Source: Fidelibacterota bacterium (GTDB lineage: Bacteria; Fidelibacterota; UBA2242). Taken from it: DNA of 64,000 nucleotides. Under the pieces are notes generated by a model that worked only from the letters and a program-made list of their open reading frames with translations, did no database searches and was not told where the DNA came from. The stretch lies in NCBI GenBank assembly GCA_018002295.1, contig JAGNGI010000003.1, positions 3,666 to 67,665 of the forward strand. The letters run 5' to 3'. Shown in pieces: positions 9,837 to 20,381 of this stretch (its first letter is position 1; each line of letters opens with the position of its first letter). A program made the translations under genes and the position numbers.

Positions 9837-12092
9837 CTACTCCTGATTGTAAACAAATTTTAGGTGAGCACCTTCTGTCAGACGTTTATGGGTTATTCCA
9901 AATGAGTCCCATCTCTCACCGTCAAATAATATTTCTTTCAAACGAGCCGAGTTCACCAATTTTCCCGATTTTTCGATCACAATCTGTTTCCCGGAATAAT
10001 ATTCCTTGTCCAATTCTATAGTTACTTTCTGAAACAACGGAATTCCCAGTCGGTACTCATCCACTGCCGGACAAGCCGGATAGAATCCCAGCGCCGAGAA
10101 AACTAACCAGGCTGAAATCGCTCCAGCATCATCATTGCCCGGTAAGCCATCAACTTCCGATACAAACTCTTCTGTCAAAATACTCTGAATTAGTTCAGCA
10201 GTGCGATATTCATAACCCGGGATATAAGAAAACCAATAAGGATAAGCAATATCGGGTTCGTTCGTTATGGTAAAATGCCCTTCGGAAAAGCACCGCTCCA
10301 ATTTAATTCTGAAAGGTTCATACCCACCAAATTGGTCAATAAGTCCTGAAACATCATGCGGCACAAACCAGGTATAATTCCAGGCATTGCCTTCCACATA
10401 GCCCGGACCGCCGGAACCTTCCCAGTAACCAGAGCCTTCGATTGCCAGCGGATCAAAAGGTTCCAACCACTGACCATTTCTCAGTTTGGGGCGCATAAAT
10501 CGGGTTTTCGGATCGAAAAGGTTTCGATAAAATGAGGCTCTTTTACCGAACTCCTCTGCAATTTGATTTTGACCCAGCATATTTGCCATATTCCCGATAC
10601 AAAAATCAGATAGGCAGTATTCAAGCGTTGTCGAGACCGGGCCCCAAACCCACCAGACTTGACTCGTATCTTGTTCAAATGGGATGTAACCATATTTCAG
10701 CAGTTCGTGGTAACCAGCCCGAATTGGCGGGGCTGATTCGCCAGAATCTAACATTGTCGGTTTAAGTATAGCTTCCATTGCTAAATCGGTATTAAAATTT
10801 CGAATACCTTTTATATAACTATCGGCGATTACGATTGGTGCGGGATCACCGACCATCATATAAGTTTCATTACCAGCGAGTTCCCACTTTGGCAGAAAGC
10901 CAGATTCCGAATACATATCAATCATCGTCCGAATAATCGCTGATTGCTGTTCAGGATAAATCAACGTTAAAAGAGGATGCAGAGTGCGATAAGTATCCCA
11001 TAGCGAAAATACTGTATAACGTTCCCGACCAGTATATTTACCAATACCGGTATGTCCCATCATAGGATATTCGCCATTCACATCACTAATAATGTTAGGA
11101 TGAATCAAACAGTGGTAAAGTGCTGTATAAAATTTCGTCAAATTTTCTTCACTTCCGCCATATATCTTAATTTTTGATAACTGTTTTCGCCATTCGCGTT
11201 CTGCATTCCGCCCAATTTTGTCAAAATTCCAATCGTTAATTTCGGTATCTAAATTTTGCCGGGCATTGGCAATGCTAACATAAGAAATACCAGTTTTAAG
11301 GCTCACAATTTGCCCGGTCTGGCACATAAAAGTCATCCAGGCTCCGATATTACTTTCATCCGAAGCTCGTGAAATATCTTCACTTACTTGATCGTCTATC
11401 CATGTACCGAATTTCTGAGGAGTGGCACTTACCCTCGTAACAAAATATACCTGATGCTGATTATCTTCACCACATAAACCACCTGACCGATTATAACCCT
11501 CAATTTCAGTAGGCGAAACAAAACGAACGCTACCTCCTTGTCGCTCCACTAAACTCCTCCCGGCATCAATTAAAATATTAACATCTCCGTCTTTGCCGAT
11601 CGTAAATCTGGCAAAACTACAATGCGTCGTTGCCGTTACTTCCGCCTTCACATCCGGTTCATTCAAATTCACCGCATAGTAGCCCGGTTTAGCCTGCTCA
11701 TTCTGGTACGAACAGCGGTACTGTTCCGGCTCAGTTTTAACTTCGCCTCGCGTTACAGTAATAATCACACTGCCCAAATCGGCACATCCGGTTCCACTAA
11801 GATGAACCTGTCCAAAACCATAAAAATAGGGCTCGCCGTGAATGTAGCCCGACGGTGCCTCCAGATTAGTATGCGGACTAACCGACACCATGCCCCAGGG
11901 AACCAGCGCCCCCGGGAAAGTGTTACCGCCACCGCTCGTTCCAATGAATGGATTGACAAATTGATTAAGATCGTTAATCCCAGAAGATGAACATCCATTT
12001 ATAAACAGAAAAAAAAGTAAAAATAATGATATCTTAAAGCGCAAAAGTAATTCTCTAATTTTCAAATTTTGATGAATAATCTCTTTTTCCAC
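9837..12092 (-). CDS. Glycoside hydrolase family 92 (alpha-mannosidase family), putative lipoprotein
   Basis: VNPFIGTSGGGNTFPGALVPWGMVSVSPHT matches the GH92 N-terminal signature. 751 aa. The signal has a lipobox-like FINGCSS. Confidence 0.75.
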   Translation of the reverse strand: MEKEIIHQNLKIRELLLRFKISLFLLFFLFINGCSSSGINDLNQFVNPFIGTSGGGNTFPGALVPWGMVSVSPHTNLEAPSGYIHGEPYFYGFGQVHLSGTGCADLGSVIITVTRGEVKTEPEQYRCSYQNEQAKPGYYAVNLNEPDVKAEVTATTHCSFARFTIGKDGDVNILIDAGRSLVERQGGSVRFVSPTEIEGYNRSGGLCGEDNQHQVYFVTRVSATPQKFGTWIDDQVSEDISRASDESNIGAWMTFMCQTGQIVSLKTGISYVSIANARQNLDTEINDWNFDKIGRNAEREWRKQLSKIKIYGGSEENLTKFYTALYHCLIHPNIISDVNGEYPMMGHTGIGKYTGRERYTVFSLWDTYRTLHPLLTLIYPEQQSAIIRTMIDMYSESGFLPKWELAGNETYMMVGDPAPIVIADSYIKGIRNFNTDLAMEAILKPTMLDSGESAPPIRAGYHELLKYGYIPFEQDTSQVWWVWGPVSTTLEYCLSDFCIGNMANMLGQNQIAEEFGKRASFYRNLFDPKTRFMRPKLRNGQWLEPFDPLAIEGSGYWEGSGGPGYVEGNAWNYTWFVPHDVSGLIDQFGGYEPFRIKLERCFSEGHFTITNEPDIAYPYWFSYIPGYEYRTAELIQSILTEEFVSEVDGLPGNDDAGAISAWLVFSALGFYPACPAVDEYRLGIPLFQKVTIELDKEYYSGKQIVIEKSGKLVNSARLKEILFDGERWDSFGITHKRLTEGAHLKFVYNQE

Positions 12093-13204
12093 ATACCCCA
12101 GGCAATCACGTACATAATTAACACAAAAGCAATTGCAAATAGTAAAGAAGCATTGACCGGACTGGCTATCGGTAAAAATACCTTCTCATAAATGGCATCA
12201 TGAAGCGTTGTAAGCGTACCATCGGCTCTATTCCAGGATATTGCCCATAATAGATTAGCCAGCAATTCCGATAAAGTATAGACTGTAATTGCATTCATAC
12301 CAAAAATAACAAACGGCTTGGTGCCCCAGGTTTTACCTTTCACATCCACAATCCAATAAATTGTCGCGAAGCAGTTTAATGCCCAACCGTTTATGAATAC
12401 AACGTAGGAGCTGGTCCACAGGTTTTTATTAATCGGTAGCCAGATATTCATTATGATACCGAGCAATAGACATAAATTGCCAGCGACAAACATTCCGGCC
12501 GTTTTCTCTTCTTGACTACGTTCACTGCGCAACCAGCGACCGGCTTGAACACCTAATAAAGTTGACGCAATCGCTGGAATGGTGCTTAGGATGCCTTCCG
12601 GATCAAAGCCGAATACCGGTGCAAAAGCCCAGGTGTGTTTGCCCAATAAGGTTTTGTCTATAAACCAAGCCAGGTTTCCTTCGGGTTCAAGGACTCCCGC
12701 TCCGTAACCGGGGACCGGAATCACTTTGAGAGCAAACCAGTATATGCCCAACAAAATACCAATCCAGAGCCACTGTCCCTTAGGTTTTACATTCAGATAA
12801 ATAAGACTCGTGAAAAAATAACAGATGCCGATCCGTTGCAAAACTCCTAAAATACGCCAGGTAGCAATCGAAAATTGCGATCCGGGAATAAGCCCAAACG
12901 GGAAGCCATTAATGAATAATCCTAAGGCAAATAGAATCAGCAAGCGCTTCAAAGAATGTCGTAGAATCTGCTGATGAGTGTCACCGCGTTTCAGTCGGCT
13001 CTCAAAGGAAAATACCATTGACATACCAACCATAAATAGAAAAAAAGGAAAGATCCAGTCGGTAAAAGTCCATCCATGCCACTCGGCGTGTAATAATTGA
13101 GGATAAACGTAATCATAAGAACCGGCATTATTGACCAGAATCATAGCCGCTATAGTCGCACCGCGAAAGACATCTAGGGAGTAAATACGCTTAGAGTGTT
13201 CCAT
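12062..13204 (-). CDS. DUF1624 / HGSNAT-like (heparan-alpha-glucosaminide N-acetyltransferase-like) polytopic membrane acyltransferase
   Basis: Multi-TM protein. The N-terminal DVFRGATIAAMILVNN and FPFFLFMVGMSM are typical of the DUF1624/HGSNAT family. It overlaps the GH92 start by 31 nt. Confidence 0.55.
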   Translation of the reverse strand: MEHSKRIYSLDVFRGATIAAMILVNNAGSYDYVYPQLLHAEWHGWTFTDWIFPFFLFMVGMSMVFSFESRLKRGDTHQQILRHSLKRLLILFALGLFINGFPFGLIPGSQFSIATWRILGVLQRIGICYFFTSLIYLNVKPKGQWLWIGILLGIYWFALKVIPVPGYGAGVLEPEGNLAWFIDKTLLGKHTWAFAPVFGFDPEGILSTIPAIASTLLGVQAGRWLRSERSQEEKTAGMFVAGNLCLLLGIIMNIWLPINKNLWTSSYVVFINGWALNCFATIYWIVDVKGKTWGTKPFVIFGMNAITVYTLSELLANLLWAISWNRADGTLTTLHDAIYEKVFLPIASPVNASLLFAIAFVLIMYVIAWGMWKKRLFIKI

Positions 13205-13212
13205 CTTCCCTC

Positions 13213-15534
13213 TTAATCACCTTCTCGTATAAATTTTTCATAACGTCTTCGGTACTCGCTTTTATACTGTTCAACCGTCTGATCATAACCCATATTTTCT
13301 ATGTTCTTTTTAAAAGACCATTCTAAATCAACTTGACGAGTGTCAACTGGGAGAGAGACCGCATTATTTTCTCGGTTAATTGAACGTCCGCCTATTTCAA
13401 TCTTTCGCACTTCCATAAACCAGGGCAAATGAAGTATAATCACCGCTGGTGCTTTTTTAAAATTATTTTTCAATACTAAAGTCGCTGAATTCTTTTTAAA
13501 TGTTAAGGTGAAATTAACTTCACCGAATTCCGTGGGTGCTTTTTTAATGTCAATCTTTGCGTCTTTTTTTACCCAATTCGGCGATATTGCCGAAAGTAAA
13601 TGTAGTGTATCACTTTGTTCACGCACCATCATATTGCGCAATAGAATACGATATTCAGCCGCAAACCAGCCATGCGGTGCCAGGTTCATCCCAAAATCCC
13701 GGTCCTTCCATGGTAGAATGGAAAATTCAAAGCCGGTATGAGTTGAACCGGTATGCAATAAAATGGCATATAATTCCTGAATCACCGTTTCTTGCTCATC
13801 GCGGACAAGCGCTGTTTCCGTATTTCTGAGGGTTAGATAATGGTGAAGCCAGCGACCACCACCATAAGTCATAATGCCCTCCTGATACTTACTGCGGGCT
13901 GTTTGTAATGTCTGGGTAACCCACGGATGATTCGGTGGGAGAATCATTTCAGGATAAATACTTAACAAATTTCCCCAATCTTCACCGCCTTCTCCATCCA
14001 ATCCGGGAGGAATATAACCTCCGGTCTGGGCGGTAATTTCTGCCAGGATTCGCATTAAAGTCGCATAATAATCGTCATATAACTTTTGTAACTGTTGAGA
14101 TTTTTCCCCTTCTCCCAAATAATCAGCTATAAAAACGGCGTTTTTTATTCCAATTAATGTCCAGAAGTTATGGCCGGTAACGTGTCCGGTAATATTTTCG
14201 TTATCACCAGGAGTCGTTACTGGAATCAAGTTCAAGGGATCAGTTTTTCGGGCGCTTTCGAGCCAGGCAATGGCTTTTAATACCGAAGGAAACACCTTCT
14301 CAGCAAAGTCTCGATCATCCGTCATACGGACGTGCTGACCATACGCCCAGAGTGTCTGCCCAAATCCGTCGTACTGTCCGCCTTGCGAAACAAAATTACC
14401 ATCCTCTCTTTGCCAGCGCGGGAAAAAATCTAATATACGATTGGCTTCGTTACTATAACCGGTAAGGTCGTACATTCTGGTAAAATACGCCGCATCCCGC
14501 AACCAGAAATTATCATATTGAAATTCATTGACCTTTTGAACATACCAGTCGTCAATTTTATCGCGGGCTATCAAGCTATTGATAAGATTAGCATTAAAAG
14601 TGTCGGTTACCTTTTTCTCCGGTAAGACAATTGTCATTCCCTCTTGCAGAATATTTTCCCAGAATTGAATCGTCTTATTAAGATAATGATCAAATTGTGC
14701 CTGCCGAATCCATTTTGAATACTCATCCACCGTATCAACCGGCATATAGGGAAATTTGAAATCAAGAACGACTTCCTCGTTTGGGAGCATCGTCAAAGGA
14801 TACTGTACAATCCCCACCGGTGTTGTTGGGAGAACATAAAGGGTCATCTCGCCTTCTGCCGGTGGTTCATTATAGCCCATTTTCCAGGTCAAAAATTTGT
14901 GAACATTTTCCCGCGGCGGAAATGAGTAGAGTAATTTATCATTATATAAAACCGCATCGTCTTGATGTAAACAAAGCCAGTCCTGACGGAATTCAAGTCC
15001 AGCCTGTTCATATTCACCAATTTGTTCCGGTACTGCTGGCCTTATAAAGCGATTATCACCAATCCCCCAATCGGTATTTGCCTCATTCTGGTAACGAATC
15101 CCAGCCGCAAACCAGGTAGTCCTTTGCTGAGAATTTCGATTAATAATTTTTACCCGAACAAAATTGACCAGCGGACTTTCTGGCTTACCATCCAAGGTTG
15201 CAGCAAAAATTGTCCATCGGTAATCGAAACCATCACGATTTAGTGCATATTGAATGACCGGTAGATAACCATTTAACAAAGTTTTGACCCGTTTTTCAGT
15301 CGGTATTGGCGGATTGCCGGTGAAAAACATCATCTCACCCGAGCCGGTATATAAATACCCTTCGGGAGTAATCAACGTCCCCTCGCGACCATCCATAACT
15401 CCGATCTGATCAGTCGGTTTACTAAAATAACAAAAAGGTTCGTCATTCCGATCAATCGATGGGTTTAACATCTGGGCATTCAACTCATTTCCAAAAAGTA
15501 TTATAATCAACCAGAGATATAACCAATTTTTCAT
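13213..15534 (-). CDS. Secreted (alpha/alpha)6 six-hairpin glycoside hydrolase-like protein (GH15/GH63-like)
   Basis: Signal peptide. FWLRDAAYF resembles the WxRDxA motif of glucoamylase-type six-hairpin enzymes. 773 aa. The family is not resolved. Confidence 0.4.
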   Translation of the reverse strand: MKNWLYLWLIIILFGNELNAQMLNPSIDRNDEPFCYFSKPTDQIGVMDGREGTLITPEGYLYTGSGEMMFFTGNPPIPTEKRVKTLLNGYLPVIQYALNRDGFDYRWTIFAATLDGKPESPLVNFVRVKIINRNSQQRTTWFAAGIRYQNEANTDWGIGDNRFIRPAVPEQIGEYEQAGLEFRQDWLCLHQDDAVLYNDKLLYSFPPRENVHKFLTWKMGYNEPPAEGEMTLYVLPTTPVGIVQYPLTMLPNEEVVLDFKFPYMPVDTVDEYSKWIRQAQFDHYLNKTIQFWENILQEGMTIVLPEKKVTDTFNANLINSLIARDKIDDWYVQKVNEFQYDNFWLRDAAYFTRMYDLTGYSNEANRILDFFPRWQREDGNFVSQGGQYDGFGQTLWAYGQHVRMTDDRDFAEKVFPSVLKAIAWLESARKTDPLNLIPVTTPGDNENITGHVTGHNFWTLIGIKNAVFIADYLGEGEKSQQLQKLYDDYYATLMRILAEITAQTGGYIPPGLDGEGGEDWGNLLSIYPEMILPPNHPWVTQTLQTARSKYQEGIMTYGGGRWLHHYLTLRNTETALVRDEQETVIQELYAILLHTGSTHTGFEFSILPWKDRDFGMNLAPHGWFAAEYRILLRNMMVREQSDTLHLLSAISPNWVKKDAKIDIKKAPTEFGEVNFTLTFKKNSATLVLKNNFKKAPAVIILHLPWFMEVRKIEIGGRSINRENNAVSLPVDTRQVDLEWSFKKNIENMGYDQTVEQYKSEYRRRYEKFIREGD

Positions 15535-15542
15535 GCTTTATC

Positions 15543-16916
15543 CTATTGCGGTAGTGCCCATTCTACCAGTTTTACGTTCATTACAACTTCATCAAGAACT
15601 TTCCCATCCTGAATTATCTGCCATTTCAACGGCTGAAATCCGTCCGTCTCATTATCCGGAGCAAAATAGAAACATTGTACCGGTAAACTTTCTCCGGCAG
15701 GAATTAAATATTCACCGCTTCCACTGACTTCCTCCCAACCAGTCAGCAAAATCGGTTTGACGCTCAGTCTTATCGTTTTTTTATCACCGTTCGTTATCAG
15801 GAGTGGTACGTGGAAATAACTCCCCACCGAGATGGCAATTTCCGGCGAGACTATTGTTGCCAAGTGCTGAAGATCATGTACCTGCCAGAAATGGCGGTAG
15901 TAATCGAAAATGCCCCCGAATTGTAGTTTAACACCTCTCGCTACTGGCGAAATATAGCCAGTGTTTTTATGAAAATCTGCTGGTTTTTCGCTGACACCTT
16001 CAAAAACATCACCGGTTGGCTTACATTTTACAACGGATTTACCGTATATCAGATGGAATTTTTCCAGCCACTCGATCATTGGTTGCCAATTTCCAGATTG
16101 CTCCGCTTGTTCGGCAATTTGAGCTACATCCGCCTGGGTTTGGTGGAATTTATGCAGTTGCGCGGCTAATTCGATATAAGGTTTTCCCTGCGAAGGTGAT
16201 TTGGCACTAATATCAAATTGTGGTCCGGGAGCATTTAACGCTTCATCTCGATCCGAGAAATAATAAATCTTCTTCACCTGCCATGGCTGTAGCCCTTCGT
16301 AATAATTATTAATATCCATTATTTCACGCGGAAATGCCAATTGCGCCGGAAAAATTGTCGGATCGCCTGCCATATCGAATGCTTCCGTCGCAATAACTCC
16401 AGCCGCCTGATGATCACCATGATTTTCCCCCGCTACAAAATGAGGCAACCAGGTTACAATGATTTCCGGTCGAGTTAATCGTACATAGCGAACCAATTTC
16501 TCCAAAGCCGCTCCATGAGGAAGATTCTGCAGAGAATGCAAAACATCTTGCCCGGGTGTGTCTATGCCATCGAGAAACCAAACATTATAAATGCCAAAGG
16601 CACTTAATGCGCGCCGCGCTTCTATTTCCCGAATAGCCCCCATTGAGTGATATTGCTCTTTACCAATCGAATTACCGCCACCCTGGCCGCGATTAGTATA
16701 AATCACCCCAATTTTTTTACCGTCGTCAAAAATCCATTTTGCCAGCTGACCACCAATTGCAGTTTCATCATCGGGATGGGCAACGACTAAAAGAATATCT
16801 ACTTTGGAACGTGGATCGGGTGTAATTGGCTGAGCTTGGAGAATTCCAATTCCCCTAATTGTCATAACCACAAAATAAACTATCAGCGATTTTTTTATTA
16901 TTTGTCCTGTCATAAT
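15543..16916 (-). CDS. PIG-L/LmbE family N-acetylglucosaminyl deacetylase, secreted; the ORF extends to 16985 but the likely start is the Met at 16916
   Basis: The VAHPDDET motif is diagnostic of the PIG-L/LmbE Zn-deacetylase family. The internal Met gives a signal peptide, MTGQIIKKSLIVYFVVMTIRGIGILQAQP. Confidence 0.65.
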   Translation of the reverse strand: MMTGQIIKKSLIVYFVVMTIRGIGILQAQPITPDPRSKVDILLVVAHPDDETAIGGQLAKWIFDDGKKIGVIYTNRGQGGGNSIGKEQYHSMGAIREIEARRALSAFGIYNVWFLDGIDTPGQDVLHSLQNLPHGAALEKLVRYVRLTRPEIIVTWLPHFVAGENHGDHQAAGVIATEAFDMAGDPTIFPAQLAFPREIMDINNYYEGLQPWQVKKIYYFSDRDEALNAPGPQFDISAKSPSQGKPYIELAAQLHKFHQTQADVAQIAEQAEQSGNWQPMIEWLEKFHLIYGKSVVKCKPTGDVFEGVSEKPADFHKNTGYISPVARGVKLQFGGIFDYYRHFWQVHDLQHLATIVSPEIAISVGSYFHVPLLITNGDKKTIRLSVKPILLTGWEEVSGSGEYLIPAGESLPVQCFYFAPDNETDGFQPLKWQIIQDGKVLDEVVMNVKLVEWALPQ

Positions 16917-16929
16917 ATTACTCTGTTCA

Positions 16930-18216
16930 TTATCTTTCCACCGATTCAACCACAAAAATATTTTGGCGGCGTGGTTCTGCGACATAAAATACCCACCAAA
17001 TTAACGAAAGAAATCCTCCCAAGCCAGCAATTACAAAGATTACATCATAACCATATAGATCCACCAAATAACCTCCCAACAAACCCAATAAAATAAACGG
17101 ACTGGTAATCATATTAGAGATTGATATATAAGTCGGGCGCTCCTTTTCGTTGCATATCTCTGCCAGAATCGGCAAACGAGAAACTTGAATCATACTCGTA
17201 TTTAAAGCAGACAACACGAACACAAAATAATATAAAGACAAGGAGCGCAGTGTTATTGCCAGAACGCAGCTGACTAAAACTGAAAATGCCGCTATTATCA
17301 TATTGACTCGGTGACCAAACCGATCACCGATGGAACCGGAGCAGAGATTCAAGATCACCATACTAAGCATATATATCATTGTAAAACTGCCACTCGATGC
17401 GGAATCTAAGCCGAAACGTTGCATCGCATTCACGATAAAAAACGGCTGAGCAATTAGTCCAATAGTCATCAGACTATCAGCAATCAAGAAATTCAGAAAG
17501 TTATGATTACTTTTTATCAAGTTGGGCAATTGTCTGAAATATTGAAAATGATTCAATGACTCAGTGCTGGCGTTCGCCTCCTGTTCCTTTAGAAAAATTA
17601 AGGCAACGTAAGACACGGTCATCATTACAAACGCTAATAGAAATAAATAGCCAAAATTAGCGGGAAACGGTTGGGCGCTAAGGATAATTTTAACCAAACA
17701 GCCGCCCGCTATTCCTAAAATTGCACCAGTGATAGTTCGCAAGGCGAATAACCGCCCCCGCAAATTAACCGGAGTAATCTTTGAAATTAAATCAAACCAA
17801 CCGGGGTAGTTTACTGCGCCTGCAATTGCCGCCAATCCAAACGCAATAAAAAAAAAGACTAATCCCATGTTGGACGAGACATTTTTTATAATAAAAAAAC
17901 AGAGCAATGCCATTAATAACCAGGGTAATCGTTGCAGAGCCGCAGTTTTTAAGAAAAATGGCTTTTTATAAGGTAATTGGCGGGTATAATTGGCAATAAA
18001 AATCTGAGGAAAATTAACTCCGATAATCCAAATTACCTGAACCAATGCCACGGTAATATTATTACCGCCTACCTGTCGGACGAACACCGGTAGTACGGTC
18101 ATAACCGGAACAAAGCTCATTCCGAAGGCGAAAAAGGTTCCATCCATCCAATTCAATAGGAAATTTCGACGGACTTCCGGATTTATAAGCAATGGTTCTT
18201 TAAAATATTTCGCCAA
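16930..18216 (-). CDS. MFS-type transporter
   Basis: 428 aa with about 12 predicted hydrophobic helices. General MFS-like composition with no specific signature. Confidence 0.5.
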   Translation of the reverse strand: MAKYFKEPLLINPEVRRNFLLNWMDGTFFAFGMSFVPVMTVLPVFVRQVGGNNITVALVQVIWIIGVNFPQIFIANYTRQLPYKKPFFLKTAALQRLPWLLMALLCFFIIKNVSSNMGLVFFFIAFGLAAIAGAVNYPGWFDLISKITPVNLRGRLFALRTITGAILGIAGGCLVKIILSAQPFPANFGYLFLLAFVMMTVSYVALIFLKEQEANASTESLNHFQYFRQLPNLIKSNHNFLNFLIADSLMTIGLIAQPFFIVNAMQRFGLDSASSGSFTMIYMLSMVILNLCSGSIGDRFGHRVNMIIAAFSVLVSCVLAITLRSLSLYYFVFVLSALNTSMIQVSRLPILAEICNEKERPTYISISNMITSPFILLGLLGGYLVDLYGYDVIFVIAGLGGFLSLIWWVFYVAEPRRQNIFVVESVER

Positions 18217-20350
18217 AGTAAACCTTTACTTCTTTCGGATTTAAGGTAATATTAAATGATGAGTCGTTGTCTTGATATACGACATTTAAGGTTTCGGCTG
18301 AAAATTGTTCGGCTAAGTGTTTTGGTATCAATCCACATATATGAATTTCGGTATTAATTGCCGTTTCCGTGAGATTCCTTAAAATCAGCATCATTTGCCC
18401 CGATTCATTTTTCAGCAAATCAACCCGAATCTGTCCAAGGGAATCACAGTAATTAGTAGATATATTAGCATATTTTTTAATCAGTCCCGCCAAAAAATCT
18501 CCATTGGCTTGAATTCCCTTATTATAAAAAGGCAAGGCAATATAAGACCCGATCAATACTGCTTTACCAAGTCCCAATTCAGCCAAGGTAACCGCCGGTG
18601 ATCCGTCAGGAAAATACCCAATTACCTTAGCCCCCTCAGAGATCAGGCGCTCTTGTACGATCGCCCCCTTGACTACAATCTCTTCTTCATTATCTAATAC
18701 ATCTGAATCTACTAAGATATCGACCAAATCATTGGTATTAACTGGATCAACTACTCCCTGTCGAGCTTTGAAGATTTTGTGCAGTCCATGTCCCGGTACG
18801 ATTTTTTCATGATGTCCATTCTCTCGATTCCAAGCGGCAAAATAACTTTCCCCGATCAACAGTCCACCTTTTTTCACCCAATCTTCGAGCAAATGACAAA
18901 TCCTCTGGTCTATTAAATAAGGAAACGGAAAAATGAGCACTTTGTAACGACTTAAAAGCTTTTCATCAATCTCAATCGGATGGACGAAATCAATGTTATA
19001 ATTATGTTCATATAAAGCCTTATGGGCCCCCAGCAAAGAATTGGTAGCATTCTTTTCATTACCAGTAGCCGCCCAGATAAAAATTTGGTTTTCAGGATTA
19101 TAACTAATCGCTATCTCAGCCGATTGTGGCTGTGCCTCCAGTAAGAAATCAGCATTCTTTTGTAATACTTGACCGACTCGGGCAAAGTCCTGTAACCATG
19201 AAGTTTTCTCTCCATCCAGAGTTGTTAAACCCCAGGTTGGTGCTTCTCGTCCAAGAATCTCAGGACGATATTGCCAGAAAATAAAACCTTTCAAGTTCCC
19301 GGCGATCCCACTGAAGATAAAACGCTTCACATCATTAATATCAATAGACCTCGGTAAATCAAGCGTATAGCCGTTTAGCATTAACATCTCAGCCGAGATC
19401 ACCGGTTTGCCTTTGGCACAACTACGTAAAATATCAATCATCGCCGGATCATCCATCTGGGTAAATCCGTGTAAATCGCCGAAGCGTCCCACATTCCAGG
19501 GATCACTGGCCGTAGAGGTAACGGGAAAGCCCTGAATAAATACATGGTGACACATCAACGGATGCCGGCCTTGATCAATGGATTTGGCAACATCAAATCG
19601 CTTTCTGACATTTTCGCCCAGTGTAGCCACAAAAAACATTCGCCAATCAATAATATCGTTGAAAGTGTTGCGTGTTAACGGTAATTCTATTTCTTCAAAA
19701 CTAGTATAATTTCGATTCCAGGAAATATTTAACCGTTCGATCGTTTGATATTTTAGTTCTAACCAGTTTCTAAACTTTACCCGACAATTATCACAGTAGC
19801 AGAGCATATCGCCCATTTTACTCGCATCATCCGCATATTCACGCATTTCCGCCATACTACTAGTCAATTCCGGTTCACTGCCTACATTCCAAATTGCTAA
19901 TGCCGGGTGATTCGTGTAGCGTTTGACTGTTTCTGCGAGAAATTGGAAAAAGTGCTGCATTACGCCATCATGATTGAAACAGTAACCTAATCCACCAATC
20001 TGCCGATGGGGTTGAGTTTGGGGACCAATTTTCCGTCCGGACAACGTTACCATAGAAGCGTCGGGAAATTTGTGATAAATCCAAGCTGGCGCCACGTCAA
20101 AAATCGTGTTCAGCATAACCTTTAGCCCAAAACGCCCAGCTAAATCCATCAATTCGTCTATATCATCGAAACAAAACCGATCTTCGCTCGGCTGATTCCA
20201 GCGCCACTGAACCCAGAATTTGACTGTATTAAATCCGTTATCCGCCATATTCTTAAGGTCATTTTCCCATTCATTACGAGATGGCGATGGCGCCCGATAA
20301 TACTGAGAACCAAATGGTATATAAGATTCTTTTAAAATATTGCGCATCAC
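18200..20350 (-). CDS. Glycoside hydrolase family 42 beta-galactosidase
   Basis: GFNTVKFWVQWRWNQP is the GH42 N-terminal TIM-barrel signature. CYCDNCRVKF is the Cys cluster (Zn site) typical of GH42. 716 aa, no signal peptide. Confidence 0.75.
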   Translation of the reverse strand: MMRNILKESYIPFGSQYYRAPSPSRNEWENDLKNMADNGFNTVKFWVQWRWNQPSEDRFCFDDIDELMDLAGRFGLKVMLNTIFDVAPAWIYHKFPDASMVTLSGRKIGPQTQPHRQIGGLGYCFNHDGVMQHFFQFLAETVKRYTNHPALAIWNVGSEPELTSSMAEMREYADDASKMGDMLCYCDNCRVKFRNWLELKYQTIERLNISWNRNYTSFEEIELPLTRNTFNDIIDWRMFFVATLGENVRKRFDVAKSIDQGRHPLMCHHVFIQGFPVTSTASDPWNVGRFGDLHGFTQMDDPAMIDILRSCAKGKPVISAEMLMLNGYTLDLPRSIDINDVKRFIFSGIAGNLKGFIFWQYRPEILGREAPTWGLTTLDGEKTSWLQDFARVGQVLQKNADFLLEAQPQSAEIAISYNPENQIFIWAATGNEKNATNSLLGAHKALYEHNYNIDFVHPIEIDEKLLSRYKVLIFPFPYLIDQRICHLLEDWVKKGGLLIGESYFAAWNRENGHHEKIVPGHGLHKIFKARQGVVDPVNTNDLVDILVDSDVLDNEEEIVVKGAIVQERLISEGAKVIGYFPDGSPAVTLAELGLGKAVLIGSYIALPFYNKGIQANGDFLAGLIKKYANISTNYCDSLGQIRVDLLKNESGQMMLILRNLTETAINTEIHICGLIPKHLAEQFSAETLNVVYQDNDSSFNITLNPKEVKVYFGEIF

Positions 20351-20381
20351 AAATGCTCTTTATTAATTGTGCTAAAATGAA

